64,000 bases of DNA from Eledone cirrhosa (GCA_964016885.1 OZ024761.1:28396001-28460000), one strand, 5' to 3'; positions 30,200-44,254 are shown, numbered from the stretch's first letter. Notes: a model not told the origin generated them from the sequence alone. Numbers and translations are program-made.

Positions 30200-30460
30200 G
30201 AAATAAGTCTAAAAGTCTAAAGATCTCTCTTAAGCCAGAAGGCTCGTTAGGCAGCTTCTTATCCCAGTTTCGTGGCATGAAGCGACTGAGCGTAGAAGAC
30301 ACCCTCCTGGACAGGACTCCAGTCCATGGCAGGGTTAAATTCTCAGCTACCGCTGATACTCATTTTCAGCTGAGTATACTGGAGCAACATGGAATGAAGT
30401 GTTTTGCTCAAGAACACAACATGCAACCTAGTCCAGGAATCAAACCCACGACATTATGAT
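30200..30460 (-). mobile_element. Older CORE-like tRNA SINE (related copies at 33676-33940 +, 34440-34712 -, 57250-57750 +)
   Basis: Shared ttgtgttcttgagcaaaacacttcattcc domain and B-box-like head. Confidence 0.7.
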
Positions 30461-30462
30461 CA

Positions 30463-31038
30463 CTCCAAGGTTCTTAAAAAATCTTTGCTATAAGACACAC
30501 AAGGAAAACAATAGCTGTGGCCTAGTGGTAAGGGTGTTGGACTTATGATCATAATTCTTTCTACTTTTTGGCACAAGGCCAGCAAATACCCAGTACATTA
30601 CTGGTACTTCATTTTATCAACCCCGTAAGGATGAAAGGCAAAGTTAACCTCGGCGGGATTTGAACTGAGACCATAAAGGGCCGTAACTATTTGCTGCAAA
30701 GCATGGTGTCCAACCTTCTACCGATACTGCCAAACCACCAAAGTGTAATAATTGTTTCTAGTTTTGGCACAAAGCCAGCAATTACCCAGTACATTACTGG
30801 TACTTCATTTTATCAGCCCCGTAAGGATGAAAGGCAAAGTTAACCTCGGCGGGATTAACATTGCCTTTCATTCTTACGGGGTCGATAAAATGAAGTACCA
30901 GTAATGTACTGGGTAATTGCTGGCCTTGTGCCAAAAGTAGAAACAATTATGATCATAAGTCCAACACCCTTACCACTAGGCCACGGATATTGTTTTCCTT
31001 GTGTGTCTTATAGCAAAGATTTCTTAAGAACCTTGGAG
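30463..31038. repeat. Fold-back inverted duplication containing SINE family 1 pieces
   Basis: 30463-30640 is the reverse complement of 30861-31038; hairpin centre at 30839-30859. Confidence 0.9.
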
Positions 31039-31299
31039 AAAACGCTTTGTGCTGCTTTGCTATGGTCTTTCTCAAGAACTAGGGTCAATTCCAACTTTTC
31101 ATCTCTCTCTCTCTCTCTTTTTCTCTTTCACACCTTCTCTCTTTCTTACCACCCAGCCCACACACACCACTGAAAACCGCCACCCCAGAACAGTCACTAT
31201 CACCAGCACCACCAAAGCCACCAACAACCACCACGACTACCACTACCGCAATCACTATCACCAGCACAACTGCCGCTGCCGCCACCACTGCCTCCACGA

Positions 31300-32270
31300 C
31301 AGCCACCACCCCCAACCCTGCATTCACCACCACCCTGACTACCACAACCACCACCACCAACAACAGCACCAAAGCCACCAGCCCCATGACTACCACCACC
31401 ACCCCCATAACCAACCCACCCCCAACCCTGCATTCACCACCACCCTGACTACCACAACCACCACCACCACCACCACCAACAACAGCACCAAAGCCACCAG
31501 CCCCATGACTACCACCACCACCACCCCCATAACAACCCACCCCCAACCCTGCATTCACCACCACCCTGACTACCACAACCACCACCACCACCACCACCAA
31601 CAACAACAGCACCAAAGCCACCAGCCCCATGACTACCACCACCACCCCCATAACCAACCCACCCCCAACCCTGCATTCACCACCACCCTGACTACCACAA
31701 CCACCACCACCACCACCAACAACAACAGCACCAAAGCCACCAGCCCCATGACTACCACCACCACCCCCATAACCAACCCACCCCCAACCCTGCATTCACC
31801 ACCACCCTGACTACCACCACCACCCCCATAACCAACCCACCCCCAACCCTGCATTCACCACCACCCTGACTACCACAACCACCATCACCACCAACAACAA
31901 CAGCAACAGCACCAAAGCCACCACCACCCTGACTACCACAACCACCACCACCACCACCACCACCACCACCACCACCACCCCCATAACCAACCCACCCCCA
32001 ACCCTGCATTCACCACCACCCTGACTACCACCACCACCCCCATAACCAACCCACCCCCAACCCTGCATTCACCGCCACCCTGACTACCACAACCACCACC
32101 ACCACCAAAGCCACCACCACCACCCCCATAACCAACCCACCCCCAACCCTGCATTCACCACCACCCTGACTACCACCACCACCACCACCACCAACGCCAC
32201 CACCACCACCACCACCAACGCCACCCCCCCCATAACAACCCACCCCAACCCTGCATTCACCGCCACCATT
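31300..32270. repeat. (ACC)n-based compound minisatellite (core cccccaaccctgcattcaccaccaccctgactacc)
   Basis: Constant core with variable (ACC)n. Confidence 0.9.
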
Positions 32271-32398
32271 AAGCTAATAAAGAAATTAACAGAAATTTCT
32301 CATTTTTCCTTTGAGAGATTCTTTAATCCGGCAGATATCATTGGAGAACATGGAAAACCAATATCAGCTATTGTATATATTAGTGTGAACAATGTATG

Positions 32399-32457
<59 letters not shown>

Positions 32458-32467
32458 ACATATATGT

Positions 32468-32536
<69 letters not shown>

Positions 32537-32639
32537 AAAGGTAAACAGAAATAACAACACAATCGGTACAGTATACACACATATATATATATATATACAC
32601 ACATAGATACACACACATATATATGTATGTATGTATATA

Positions 32640-32688
<49 letters not shown>

Positions 32689-33265
32689 TATGAGGTTTCA
32701 GCTAAACTTAAAATTTATATTCTAATCCATTTTATTGAGTTTTTCTCTGAATTGTTTTACAGTTGTGTATTTCCCACCCCCCTCTCTCTCTCTTTATATA
32801 TATGTATATATATATATATATTGGGTATAAATTGAAGTCCTAGCTGCCATACAGCAGGTACTATTCGAGCTGTTTGTGGTAATCACAAAACACTCAATGG
32901 AATGAGAAGTTAATACCTTATCGTCCAGAGTAAACACAAAAGTTAAAAAGTGCGATACCAGGAAAAACAACCAAAGGCCATACATACACCACAACAAAGA
33001 TAAATACAGAAAGGTTATATATTCTTTTACTGGTTTCAGTCATAAGTTTGCAACCATACCAAGGCAGCAGCTTGATTTAGTCAATCATATCCATACGGGT
33101 ACTTCTTTTATGCCATGTTCCAAACACGAGCTTAATAATGAGAAAGTTAGTTATAATGCTAAACCCTTGCAATACTAAAACCTTCTTGATTATTTTCAAA
33201 AATGTTTGAAAACCTTAAGCATTGTATTTCATGAGATGTATGCTAACAGGAGGGTTAAAGTGTTT

Positions 33266-33609
33266 ATCATCATTCATCATTTCATTTTACGTCCGCTTTT
33301 TCCCTGCTTGCAAGGGTGGGACGGGAACTGATTCTGGCTTGATTTCTACAGCTGGATGCCCTTCCTAACACCAACCTCATTTACAGTGAGTGCTGGGTGC
33401 TTTTTTGCCGTGGCACCTCCACGACCACTTTGCAGTGGAACGATAGGGACCCCAGTCCCTATCATCTCATTTCTACAGCTAAGTAAACTGGAGCAATGTG
33501 AAATAAAGCGTCTTGCTCAAGGAAACAACACATCACCCGGTCTGAGAATTGAACTCACAACCTTTCGATTGCAAGGCCAATGCTCTAACCACTAAGCCAT
33601 GTGCCTCCT
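33266..33609 (-). mobile_element. SINE family 2: tRNA-derived head, CORE-like domain, RTE-derived tail
   Basis: A box tggcttagtgg, B box gagttcaattc, ccttgagcaagac domain, tail shared with RTE LINEs; near-identical copies at 42343, 49850 and 62035. Confidence 0.9.
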
Positions 33610-35328
33610 TTATATTTATCTATAAACTTTCCCTCACAATTTGCAAACACCATTTTAATAAGTGAAGGTGTGGTGTGTGGCCTAGTGGTAAGGGTGTTTA
33701 ACTGATGATCATAATGTTGTGGATTTGGGTCCTGGGTTGGGTTGCGTGTTGTGTTCTTGAGCAAAACACTTCATTTCATGTTGCTCCACTGTAGTCAGCT
33801 GGTTTAACCCAAAGATGGATGGGCATCCTGTCCAGGAGAGAGTCTTGTACTCTCAGTCATTTCATGCCACAAAACAAGGATAAGCACCAGCTTAACGAGC
33901 CTTCTGGCATATGACAGACTTTAGATTAGATTAGATTTTAATAATGAGAAAGTTCTTTATATTATTAAATCCCTCCAAATTCTTGATTATTTTCAAGATT
34001 AATTGAATATCACAGGTAATGTTATTTTATCAGAATTGTGGTAGTGAAAGGGTTTTTTCTTCCTCTCGCTAGTCTTAGAGTTCCTGAGAAGAGTTCTAAA
34101 TGCAGTCTTCCCTCTTTATTAAAAACTACAGAATTGACAATTCCAAGTCTTCTTCTTCTTCTTCTTCTTCTTCTTCTTCTTCTTCTTCACCCACTTATTT
34201 TTGAGACGGTCATGGGGGAAAAGTCCTGTCAGAAGCAACCGTCTCCTACTGATCCGGCTGGATCCCTAAGCGTGACCAACCAAGCTCATGGATGTTATTC
34301 AACCCTGTAATATCACAAATCCTCAGTGAACTGTAAACTTTGCTGTAATTACTTAATTGGTGATTAGATAATAATTAAGTAGATGTACAATAGTGTATAC
34401 AACTTTTCCTTTGTCTTTCCCCCAAAGTCTGAGGCTAATCAGGCTGGTGCTAATTCTAGTTTCATTTGCATTAAGGGACTGAGAGTACAAGATTCTCCAC
34501 CTCCCTCTGGATGGGCCACCAGCTCATGTTAATTACAGTGTTAACTCTCAGCATCTGCTTGTATTTATTTTCAGCTGAATAAACTGGAGCAATTTGAAAT
34601 GAAAGTAATTTGCTTAAAAAAAAAAAAACCGAAAAAAAAACCACACAACCTAGGCTGGGAATTGAACCCACAAAATTATGATTGTCAGTCCAACTCCTTA
34701 ACCATTAGGCCAAACTAATTTTATGTTTACTTAGCATATTGATTCTCTCTTCCTTGACTATGTTAACCTAACTTAACTAGTGTTTTTCATGCAGAAGGCG
34801 TCTCTGAGTAAATGTCTTTCAGTGATTTATTGTTTAATAAGTTCCTGCCACCTGTCTGCTCATCAGATACTATGTTGCTGGAGTAGCATTTGTCTAGGAA
34901 GAATTTTATTTAAACAACTAGTGTACAGCTTATACATCATGTTTAAATAAGCAATAGAACAATAGTTTTTCTGCCAAAATCCGTGTTTTCATTCTCTTCT
35001 CCAAGATTTATTCCTGCTATGTATGATAAACAAACTTGTTATGTCAATTTGGCCTTCCGTAGTTATTTCAGCCATACATGTTCTGTGGAATGTTAGCATG
35101 TATTGTATTGTTTTCTCAGATTGAGTTATGGCACCGAAGATGGCGTTTTGTTTACATTTTTATTGTTCTCTTTTACAGTAGATATTTATCTGGTTTTCGG
35201 TGCCTTGAGAAAAACAGACAAACATTACAGTAGTTAAAATAACAATTTCTTTATGTCAGCCATTTTAAGAGCAATGAAATACGCCTATTATGGAAAATGT
35301 TCAACAACAATATTCTTCTAGAAATTCT

Positions 35329-36182
35329 TTAACCCTTTTGTTTCCATATTTCTAACGAAAGACACTGCCGATGATTTTTCAAATAATGTTGAAAATAATC
35401 AAGAATTTGGAAGGATTTAGTAATATAATTAAATTTCTCATTATTAAGCTAGTGTCTAGAGCAAAACTGAACAAACGTTCTTACATAAAATTATGATGGA
35501 AACAAATATAAATACTTGAAAATAAACGGTTTTGTATCATAGAACCAGGAGTGTTTGGAACATAACTTAACAAAGGCTCTTAAATAAAGTTATGATGGAA
35601 AGGTTTTAGATAAATAGAAACACTTTAAAACAGTTTTGTATCTTAGAACCAGGAAGGTTTGGAACATAACTGAACAAAGGTTCTTACGCAAAATTATGAT
35701 GGAAACATTTTAGATAAATATAAATACTTGAAAATAAACAGTTTTGTATCATAGAATCATGAGTATTTGGATCATAACTTAACAAAGGCCCTTACATAAA
35801 ATTATGATGGAAAGGTTTTAGATAAATATAAACACTTAAAATAAACAGTTCTATAGCATAGAATCATGAGTGTTTGGAACATAACTTAACAAAGGTTCTT
35901 ACATAAAATTATGATGGAATGGTTTTAGATAAATATAAACACTTTAAAATAAACAGTTTTATAGCATAGAATCATGAGTGTTTGGAACATAACTTAACAA
36001 AGGTTCTTACATAAAATTATGATGAAAAGGTTTTAGATAACTAGAAACACTTTAAAAATAAACAGTTTTGTATCATAGATGCAGGGGCGTTTGGAACATA
36101 ACTTAACAAAGGCCCTTACATAAACAGTTTTATATCAGAGAACCAGGAATAGTTTCAAATACTGTGTTATGAAAATGATTAA
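35329..36182. repeat. ~107-bp tandem repeat (~6.5 copies) inside a decayed TTAA-type MITE
   Basis: gtttggaacataac-like motif at 35553, 35657, 35765, 35872, 35980, 36089; region begins ttaacccttt and ends aaaatgattaa. Confidence 0.8.
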
Positions 36183-36804
36183 AATATTTATGTTAGCTTT
36201 GATAGCCCACCAAACTCATCAACCTCTTTTATTCTCAGTGTCATCTACACTGCTTTCTAGCACCTTACCCTAAGGGGGGGGGGGGGCTCTGACTAATTTT
36301 CATATTTGATACTTCCTCCCACAAAATGCCATCTCTCTAGCACTCCATTCTTGTCCAGGTATTCATTCCACCTGAACAAATATCACATAGATGTTGGTTA
36401 ATTGTTATTTGGCAGTATAACTTACAATTATGTAAATACAATTTAATAGAAAATGAAGAATGACCAGTCTCTACTCAAAGTCCCACACACCTCTCCTCTT
36501 GACGAAGTTATTAAATCCTACCCCACCCAAACATACAAAATATCCTGCAAGTAGTAGTAGTAGTAGTAGTACCACCATGTTTCTCCTATTATAAGACCAA
36601 GTATAATTTTCATGCAAACTGTTGATGGAAGGGACTTTACTGCAGACTGGTAACTGAACTGGTCAGCAGTGAAGGGACTTCTGGTTAAGCAGCTAGCAAG
36701 ACCTGGACATTAAGGACAGATTGTTCCTCCTTACACTTTGTAAATGTCCATTACAATAAACAACAGTTCAACAAAACACTGTTTGTTGTTATTTTAAGCA
36801 TAAC

Positions 36805-37032
36805 TTGACCCTTTAGAATTTACATTATTCTATATTTACTATTGATTTTCAAGGTAAAGGCTTTATCTCACATGATTATCTCACATAATATCGAATATAT
36901 GAGATTTTGATATTATTTATTTTCAGAACAATACCTTAACATAAGTATGAGTGGTTGGTTACAGCCGGTTTGCTCAGAAAGAGGTGAGAGAATTCTGGCT
37001 AGATACAGCTGGTTTAAATGTTAAAGGATTAA
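36805..37032 (-). mobile_element. TTAA MITE copy 7
   Basis: Family match. Confidence 0.85.
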
Positions 37033-37633
37033 ATACCTTATACCTGGCAGAAAAAAAGATGGGATGATCAGAACTGGAACATATTTTATACAAAGATTGT
37101 TTAATGACAGTGCTGACCTGGGGTTAAAGAACAACAAGAAAAGCAACATTATATGAGGTAGTGTTAAATACCCTATACCTGGCATGAAAAAAAAGATGGG
37201 ATGGTCACAAGTGGAACATATATAATACTATGATTGCTTGATAACAGTGCTGACCTGGGGCTATAAACAACAACAATAACAACTACACTCAGCAAGAAGG
37301 GAAACATTTGATGATACAATTTTGAGTACACTATACCTGACAAGATAGATCAGGCTGACACACCTTTCATCATAAAACTACATGATCAGGGATGGAATGG
37401 TAGATCAACAACAAAAAACTACAACACAAACATGAAAAAAACACCCATAGCATAAATCACTGAAAAGATATGAACACAAACTCAGACACACACACACACA
37501 ATATGAAAAAATGAACATTAAATGATGGTGATATATATATATATATATATATGGATACATTTATATGTACACGCACACACATATATATACACACGCATTT
37601 ACACAAACTCTGTGATAATTCCACAATCTTCTG

Positions 37634-37708
<75 letters not shown>

Positions 37709-38001
37709 GATGGATGCATGTATATGCACATATACATAAGAAAAAATTTCCCAATCAGCCCAAAACACAAAATCTTGCCCTAATCTCCAAGTTGATAACT
37801 TTCAATCGATTTAAATCCTGAATGTTCTTTCTCCATGATATTTTCTGCCAATCTTCTTTGCCATCTACGATTTGGCATCGATCAGGCAGCCATTCCAAAG
37901 AGAAGAAGAAGAAGAAGGCGAAATTGCAACAGTAAGATTACAGTGCAATATATATATATGTGTGTATAAGTATATATATATATGTGTGTGTGTATTTATA
38001 A

Positions 38002-38047
<46 letters not shown>

Positions 38048-38172
38048 GTATATATATGCATATATATATATATGTATATATATATATTTATATATATGTA
38101 TATATATGTATGTATATATATATATATGTATATATATATGTATATATATATATATATGTATATATATATGTG

Positions 38173-38204
<32 letters not shown>

Positions 38205-38266
38205 TATGTATATGTATATATATATATGTATATGTATATATATATATATGTATATGTATATATATG

Positions 38267-38367
<101 letters not shown>

Positions 38368-38368
38368 G

Positions 38369-38415
<47 letters not shown>

Positions 38416-38907
38416 CTAAATACTTACATACAGAGAAAATTCAATTCAAAAACTTTTTGCACCACCTTCACAGACAACACCGACAACACCACCACTCCCA
38501 TTATAAGACACACCACCCCCCTCCATTTTCTCTCCATTTCTGCCGACCTACATACCTCCTCTACCCCCCCCCCCCTCTATCTCTCTCTGCATATGCATCT
38601 AGGTTGCATTGCTGCACTGGTGTAATATTGTTATAGGTTTCCCTGCAGTATGTACGAAAGCAATATTGGCATGAATTAATTATAAAGGCACGCCGTAATT
38701 GGATTTGTTGCGATAGCAGAGAGAGACGAAGAAAGAAACGAAGAAGAAGAAGAAGGAAAAAATAACAAGAAAACGTGGGTGTCGGTATATAAACCTCTGT
38801 GTGTATGTGTGAGTGTGTGTGTTTGTGTTTGGGTGTGAGTGTGTGTGTGTTTGTGCGTGTCTGTGAATAGTTGCAGGTGGGAATAAATCCGAGACACTCT
38901 CTCTGTA

Positions 38908-38965
<58 letters not shown>

Positions 38966-39275
38966 CATATATATGTAAATATATATATACATATATACAT
39001 GTACATATATATATATACATATATATACATATATACATGTACATATATATATATACACAAATATATATATATATGCTGTGTGTGTGTGTGTGTGTGTGTA
39101 TAGTTATGTATATATGCTGTGTGTTTGCTACATGTACATGAGTGTGTGCATATGTTTGTGTTTGTATGTATGAGTTCCAGTCTGTGAAAATGTGTGAAAC
39201 TGTTCTGACTGAGAGTCTATACTGTTGTACACACTCACACACACATATTACACACATACACACACACATATATAC

Positions 39276-39347
<72 letters not shown>

Positions 39348-39576
39348 CTGGATATAAGTTTACATTTAGAATTGCAGATGAGGAAAAGATTGCTCAATTC
39401 ATATAGCAGATTTTATTTATTTGTATAAAGTCGATGATTTACTCCTTGGCTAGTCAAAGTTTCACACAACATTCATTCAAGATGTCTGCCAGGAAAACAG
39501 AGAAAAACATATTGACAGATACAACTGTTTCTGTTTCTTGTCTTCCATTGGCTTAATGTGGTCAGAGGGTGAACAG

Positions 39577-39593
39577 TAGTGCCCCCTGTTGGC
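39577..39593 (-). promoter_or_regulatory. Candidate CTCF-binding site
   Basis: Minus strand gccaacagggggcacta closely matches the CTCF core CCASYAGRKGGCRS; lies in non-repetitive sequence. Confidence 0.4.
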
Positions 39594-40869
39594 ATATCTG
39601 GAAGTCAGGGGGAAGGTGATTGATATTTATTCTGTATAGAAAGGGTCAAGAGAAATCTTCATTGTTTCAAAACTTTCCAAGTTGTTTCAAAGACAGAACA
39701 ACTGCCTAGGTGCTGGTGCTATGATAGAAGTTACCTGGTGCAGTTTGTAGAGTGTGGGGGGAATGTATGTAGGTGGTGTATGGGCCACCGGGTTCATCTG
39801 AGAGGTCAGTAGCTCCCATTAAGTACTGACTTAGCCTGTGAAGAACTGTCCAACTCTTGCTAGCAGGGAAAATGGACGTCAAATGAGGATGATGATGATG
39901 GAAATGATTTGTCAATTTTTCAAAGGTCAATTTGGAGGTTATTCTTTTTTTTAGAAACCTATATGTAATTTTTTTTTTTGTATTTGGCAGAATTGGCAGA
40001 GTCTTTAGAACATTGGATAGAATGCTTTATGGTAATCATTCTGGCTTTCTCCTCTCTCAGTTCAAATGCTGCCGAGGTCAACTTTGCATTTCATCCTTTC
40101 AAGATCAATAAAAAAGTACTAGTCTAGTACTGGGGTCGATTTTTCCTCTCTCTGGAAGAAATCTGCTGTTCTCAGGCCTGGAGAAGCATGGTCTCCGCCA
40201 GGCTTAAACTGCCCAAGAAACATTGTATGTCAATATAGTGCCCCTACGACTATCAGGAGTTATGCGATTATACATACAATACATACATTTATCTGAAAAT
40301 CTGTGTTGAAACAGATAACATTTATCTGAAAACCTGTGTTGAAATAAATATTCTGTCTTACACCATCTTACTTTTGTGAGCTGTGCTACAAAAACAAGAT
40401 GGTGTTAGACAGAACAGAGAAGAGAGACAATGTAACAGCAAAAGTAGTCACTGAGAAGGTCACAGAATGTGTGACAAAAGAGCTTTCATGACAATCAACA
40501 AGTAAACAAGTAAACAAATTTTCGGTTATTAAACTGACTAGGAAAATATAATAAATTGAAGTGAAATCCAACTGCTGTGTGTGTTTTTATTGGCAGCAAG
40601 ACCTTACCAAGGTATAACAATGCATGTAATTTGTTTAGCAAATATGTTGCCCTCTGTTTACTGTAGCTCAAAATGTTATGTATTATTGTCAGTTGCCATA
40701 GTTTATCGGTGGAGATAAAACATTTCTCCAAGAAAAACAATGTACATCATTTCGCTTCACCAATTTACAGGAATGCAGTGAATTGTATGATCTGACTGAA
40801 AAGCCTTCTTCGAATCAACTTTTAGTTTCTAGATACACTGAGATATTAAGGTGCTGTTGATTCTGATAT

Positions 40870-41079
40870 AAGAGGGACAGCTCAAAAGTTCATAGGCTGA
40901 CCAAGATACTCTCATGGAATGACCAAACAAGCTTTATATCTCTACATAGTCCTTGGAAAGAAACAATGCAGTTATTGATGAGAAAGAAAAAAAAAGAGTT
41001 GAAATGAATGCATGCAAGATTTCACAGCCCTAGCATCACCCCTTCGTAATCAGCCTCTGATCTTTTCAGCCAACCCTCG

Positions 41080-41081
<2 letters not shown>
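40870..41081 (+). mobile_element. ~210-bp mariner-type MITE (further copies at 41746-41930 and 42831-43016)
   Basis: TIR pair gaggg...aaaagttcataggctga / tcagcctctgatcttttcagccaaccctcgta with terminal TA. Confidence 0.75.
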
Positions 41082-41112
<31 letters not shown>

Positions 41113-41270
41113 CCTCCGCTATGACCCGTCTGTTTCTTTCTTACTGCTTCCCCTTTTCTCTGTATCTCTCATTTCCTTTTACCCCTCTAACAGTCACTCT
41201 CTCTGTTAGCCTCTTCCTCACTCTCTCACTCACTCACTCTCTGCTACTCCCTCTCCTACTTCCTCCCATT

Positions 41271-41523
41271 TAACCTGTGCGAGATTCTTTCCTCACGCAC
41301 ACTTCGACCAGGTTTGATGGTCTTTATTCTCTCTCGTCCACGATTTCACAGAACTTATGTTCATCGATTTCAGGTACTTGACTCCTTCTTCCTCCCGTTT
41401 GACCTGTGCGAAATTCTTTCCTTGCTCACATTTCGACCAGGTTTGATGGTCTTTATTCTCTCTCGTCCACGATTTCACAGAACTTATGTTCATCGATTTC
41501 AGGGACTTGACTCCTTCTTCCTC
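41271..41523. repeat. 129-bp tandem duplication
   Basis: acctgtgcg...gactccttcttcctc at 41273 and 41402. Confidence 0.95.
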
Positions 41524-41999
41524 ACTTTTCGTTGCATTGTTTACTGTCTCACTCGTTCCCCCTATTTATGTGTCCCAACGACTTTCTTTAGCCGTTGCTC
41601 ACACCAACCAGAGGTATATGGTCTTTAAAGCGAAGAAATACTAATGAAGGTTGGAAGATCACTGATGAAGGACTAAATTTATTCATATGTAACCCATTTG
41701 CAACCACGCAGCACGCCATGTTTTCATATATATATATATGTATACAAAGTTCATGGGCTGACCAAGATACTCTCATGGAATGACCAAACGAGGCTTACTT
41801 TTCAACATAGTCCCTGGAAAGAAACAATGCAGTTATTGATAAAAAGAATTGAAATTAATGCATGCAAGATTTCGCAGCACTAGCATCACTCCTTCATAGT
41901 CAGCCTATGGGCATTTCAGCCAACCTTTGTATGTGTGTGTGTGTATATATATATCACAATGATATTAATAAATGGAAACTATATTTAGAAAACCATATT

Positions 42000-42059
42000 T
42001 ATTCTATTATATATATTTCAAGGGTACCAAAGCTTTGGTACTTCTCATCAGATAAAATA
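42000..42059 (-). ncRNA. Hammerhead ribozyme, family A (intact core)
   Basis: tattttat-CTGATGA-gaagtaccaaagctttggtaccctt-GAAA-tatata-TA-atagaata. Confidence 0.8.
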
Positions 42060-42221
42060 CAGAGCTTGTTTTATAAATATTGACATATCCAGAAATGAGA
42101 TCTTAACGGTTCAAATTTTACCTGGATAAATATATAAATATCCCTTTGCTTATATATATATATATATATATATATTAATTCAAAATATTAATAAATATAG
42201 ACATTCAACATAATCAAAATA

Positions 42222-42284
42222 TATTTTATTATATATATTTTGGAGGTACTGTGCTGTTTTTTCAGTACGTCATCAGATAAAATA
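42222..42284 (-). ncRNA. Degenerate hammerhead (GAAA->AAAA) within an inverted-repeat element spanning 42174-42727
   Basis: tattttat-CTGATGA-cgtactg...cagtacctcc-AAAA-tatata-TA-ataaaata; the inverted partial copy at 42311-42336 retains GAAA. Confidence 0.6.
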
Positions 42285-42342
42285 TATAAATTGAAATGTG
42301 ACATACCTCAACAGTACATCCGAAATATATATAATAATATAA

Positions 42343-42666
42343 TTTCATTTCACGTCCGCTTTTTCCCTGCTTGCAAGGGTGGGATGGGAACTGATTTTTG
42401 GCTTGATTTCTACAGCTGGATGCCCTTCCTAACACCAACCTCATTTACAGTGAGTGCTGGGTGCTTTTTTGCCGTGGCGCCTCCACGACCACTTTGCAGT
42501 GGAATGATATGGACCCCAGTCCCTATCATCTACAGCTGAGTAAACTGGAGCAATGTGAAATAAAGTGCCTTGCTCAAGGAAACAACACATCACCCGGTCT
42601 GAGAATTGAACTCACAACCTTTCGATTGCAAGGCCAATGCTCTAACCACTAAGCCATGAGCCTCCA
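42343..42666 (-). mobile_element. SINE family 2
   Basis: Near-identical to 33266-33609. Confidence 0.9.
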
Positions 42667-43017
42667 TATAATAAAATATATTTTGATTAAGTTGAATGTC
42701 TATATTTATTAATATTTTGAATTAATAACTCCAGAAAACTCACTGTTGAGTGCTTCTAATCTATTGTAAAACTATAGTCATTGATTAATCAATGAACCTT
42801 GTTTAACTTTTGGTCATATATATATATATACAAAGTACATAGGCTGACCAAGATACTCTCATGGAATGACCAAACAAGGTTTATATGCTACATAGTCCTT
42901 GGAAAGAAACAATGCAGTTATTGATAAAAAGAGTTGAAATTAATATATGTAAGATTTCACAGCTCTCACATCACCCCTTCGTAACCAGCATCTGAACTTT
43001 TCAGCTAGCCCTTGTTT

Positions 43018-43284
43018 ATGTGTGTGTATGCGTGCGTGTGTGTGTGTCCGTGCATGCGCGTGTGTGTGTGTCTGTGTGTGTGTGTGTGTCTGTCTGTGTC
43101 TGTGTGTGTGTGTCTGTGTGTGTGTGTGTGTCTGTCTGTCTGTCTGTGTGTGTGTGTGTCTGTATCTGTCTGTGTGTGTATGTGTGTGTGTGTGTGTGTG
43201 TCTGTCTGTCTCTGTGTGTGTGTGTGTGTGTGTGTGTGTCTGTCTCTGTGTGTGTGTGTATGTGTGTGTGTGTCTGTCTGTCTA

Positions 43285-43316
<32 letters not shown>

Positions 43317-43874
43317 TCTGTGTCTGTGTGTATGTGTGTGTGTGTGTCTGTCTCTGTGTGTGTGTCTCTGTCTGTGTGTGTATCTGTGTGTATGTGTATG
43401 TGTGTGTGTCTGTGTGTGTGTGTGTGTGTGTCTGTGTGTGTGTGTGTGTGTGTGTAGATACTTGGTGCCTTATGGTTTCTACAGTTAGATGTCTTTATCA
43501 CTTGCTAGTGTCAACAACTTCACAGCATGCATCAAGTTCATTCTCTTGTGTCACTACCACTACCATCTGATAGTGTACACTGGGTGCTTGCTATAGTGGT
43601 ATCAGTACTTCCACTTCATAATCCAGCCTGTGGAGGAACGTAACAGGAAGGAAGATGATGACTGTCTTCTGAAATGACTGTGTAGTCCATTCTTTGATTT
43701 TCGGGTTTATAATCAATTGTTGATCTGGAAAATGAAGGATGGTCTTCTTGATCTTCAGTGGATTATTGTGAGGGAACTATCACAGAGAAGACACCTCTCT
43801 CTCTCACACACCAACCCTCTCTCACACACCAACCCTCTCTCTCTCTCACACACACACACACCAACCCTGCCTCA

Positions 43875-43906
<32 letters not shown>

Positions 43907-44168
43907 GCAACCCTCTCTCACTCTCTCTCACACACACACACACACCAACCCTCCCTCACCCTCTCTCACACACACACACCAATCCTCTCTCACCCTCTCT
44001 CACCCCCTCACACACACCAACTCTCTCTATTTCTTTCTCTTTCACCCACCCCCCACACATCAACCCTCTCACTCTCTCTCTCTCGAACACACACTGTTTC
44101 TCTCTCTCACACACGATCTCTCTCTCTCACACACACACACACACACTGTTTCTCTCTCTCACACACAA

Positions 44169-44200
<32 letters not shown>

Positions 44201-44222
44201 TGTTTCTCTCTCTCACACACAA

Positions 44223-44254
<32 letters not shown>

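Noticed and set aside
41655-41700. CTGATGA after a possible Penelope-like ORF end
   Set aside because: No GAAA or stem III follows, and the peptide similarity is too weak
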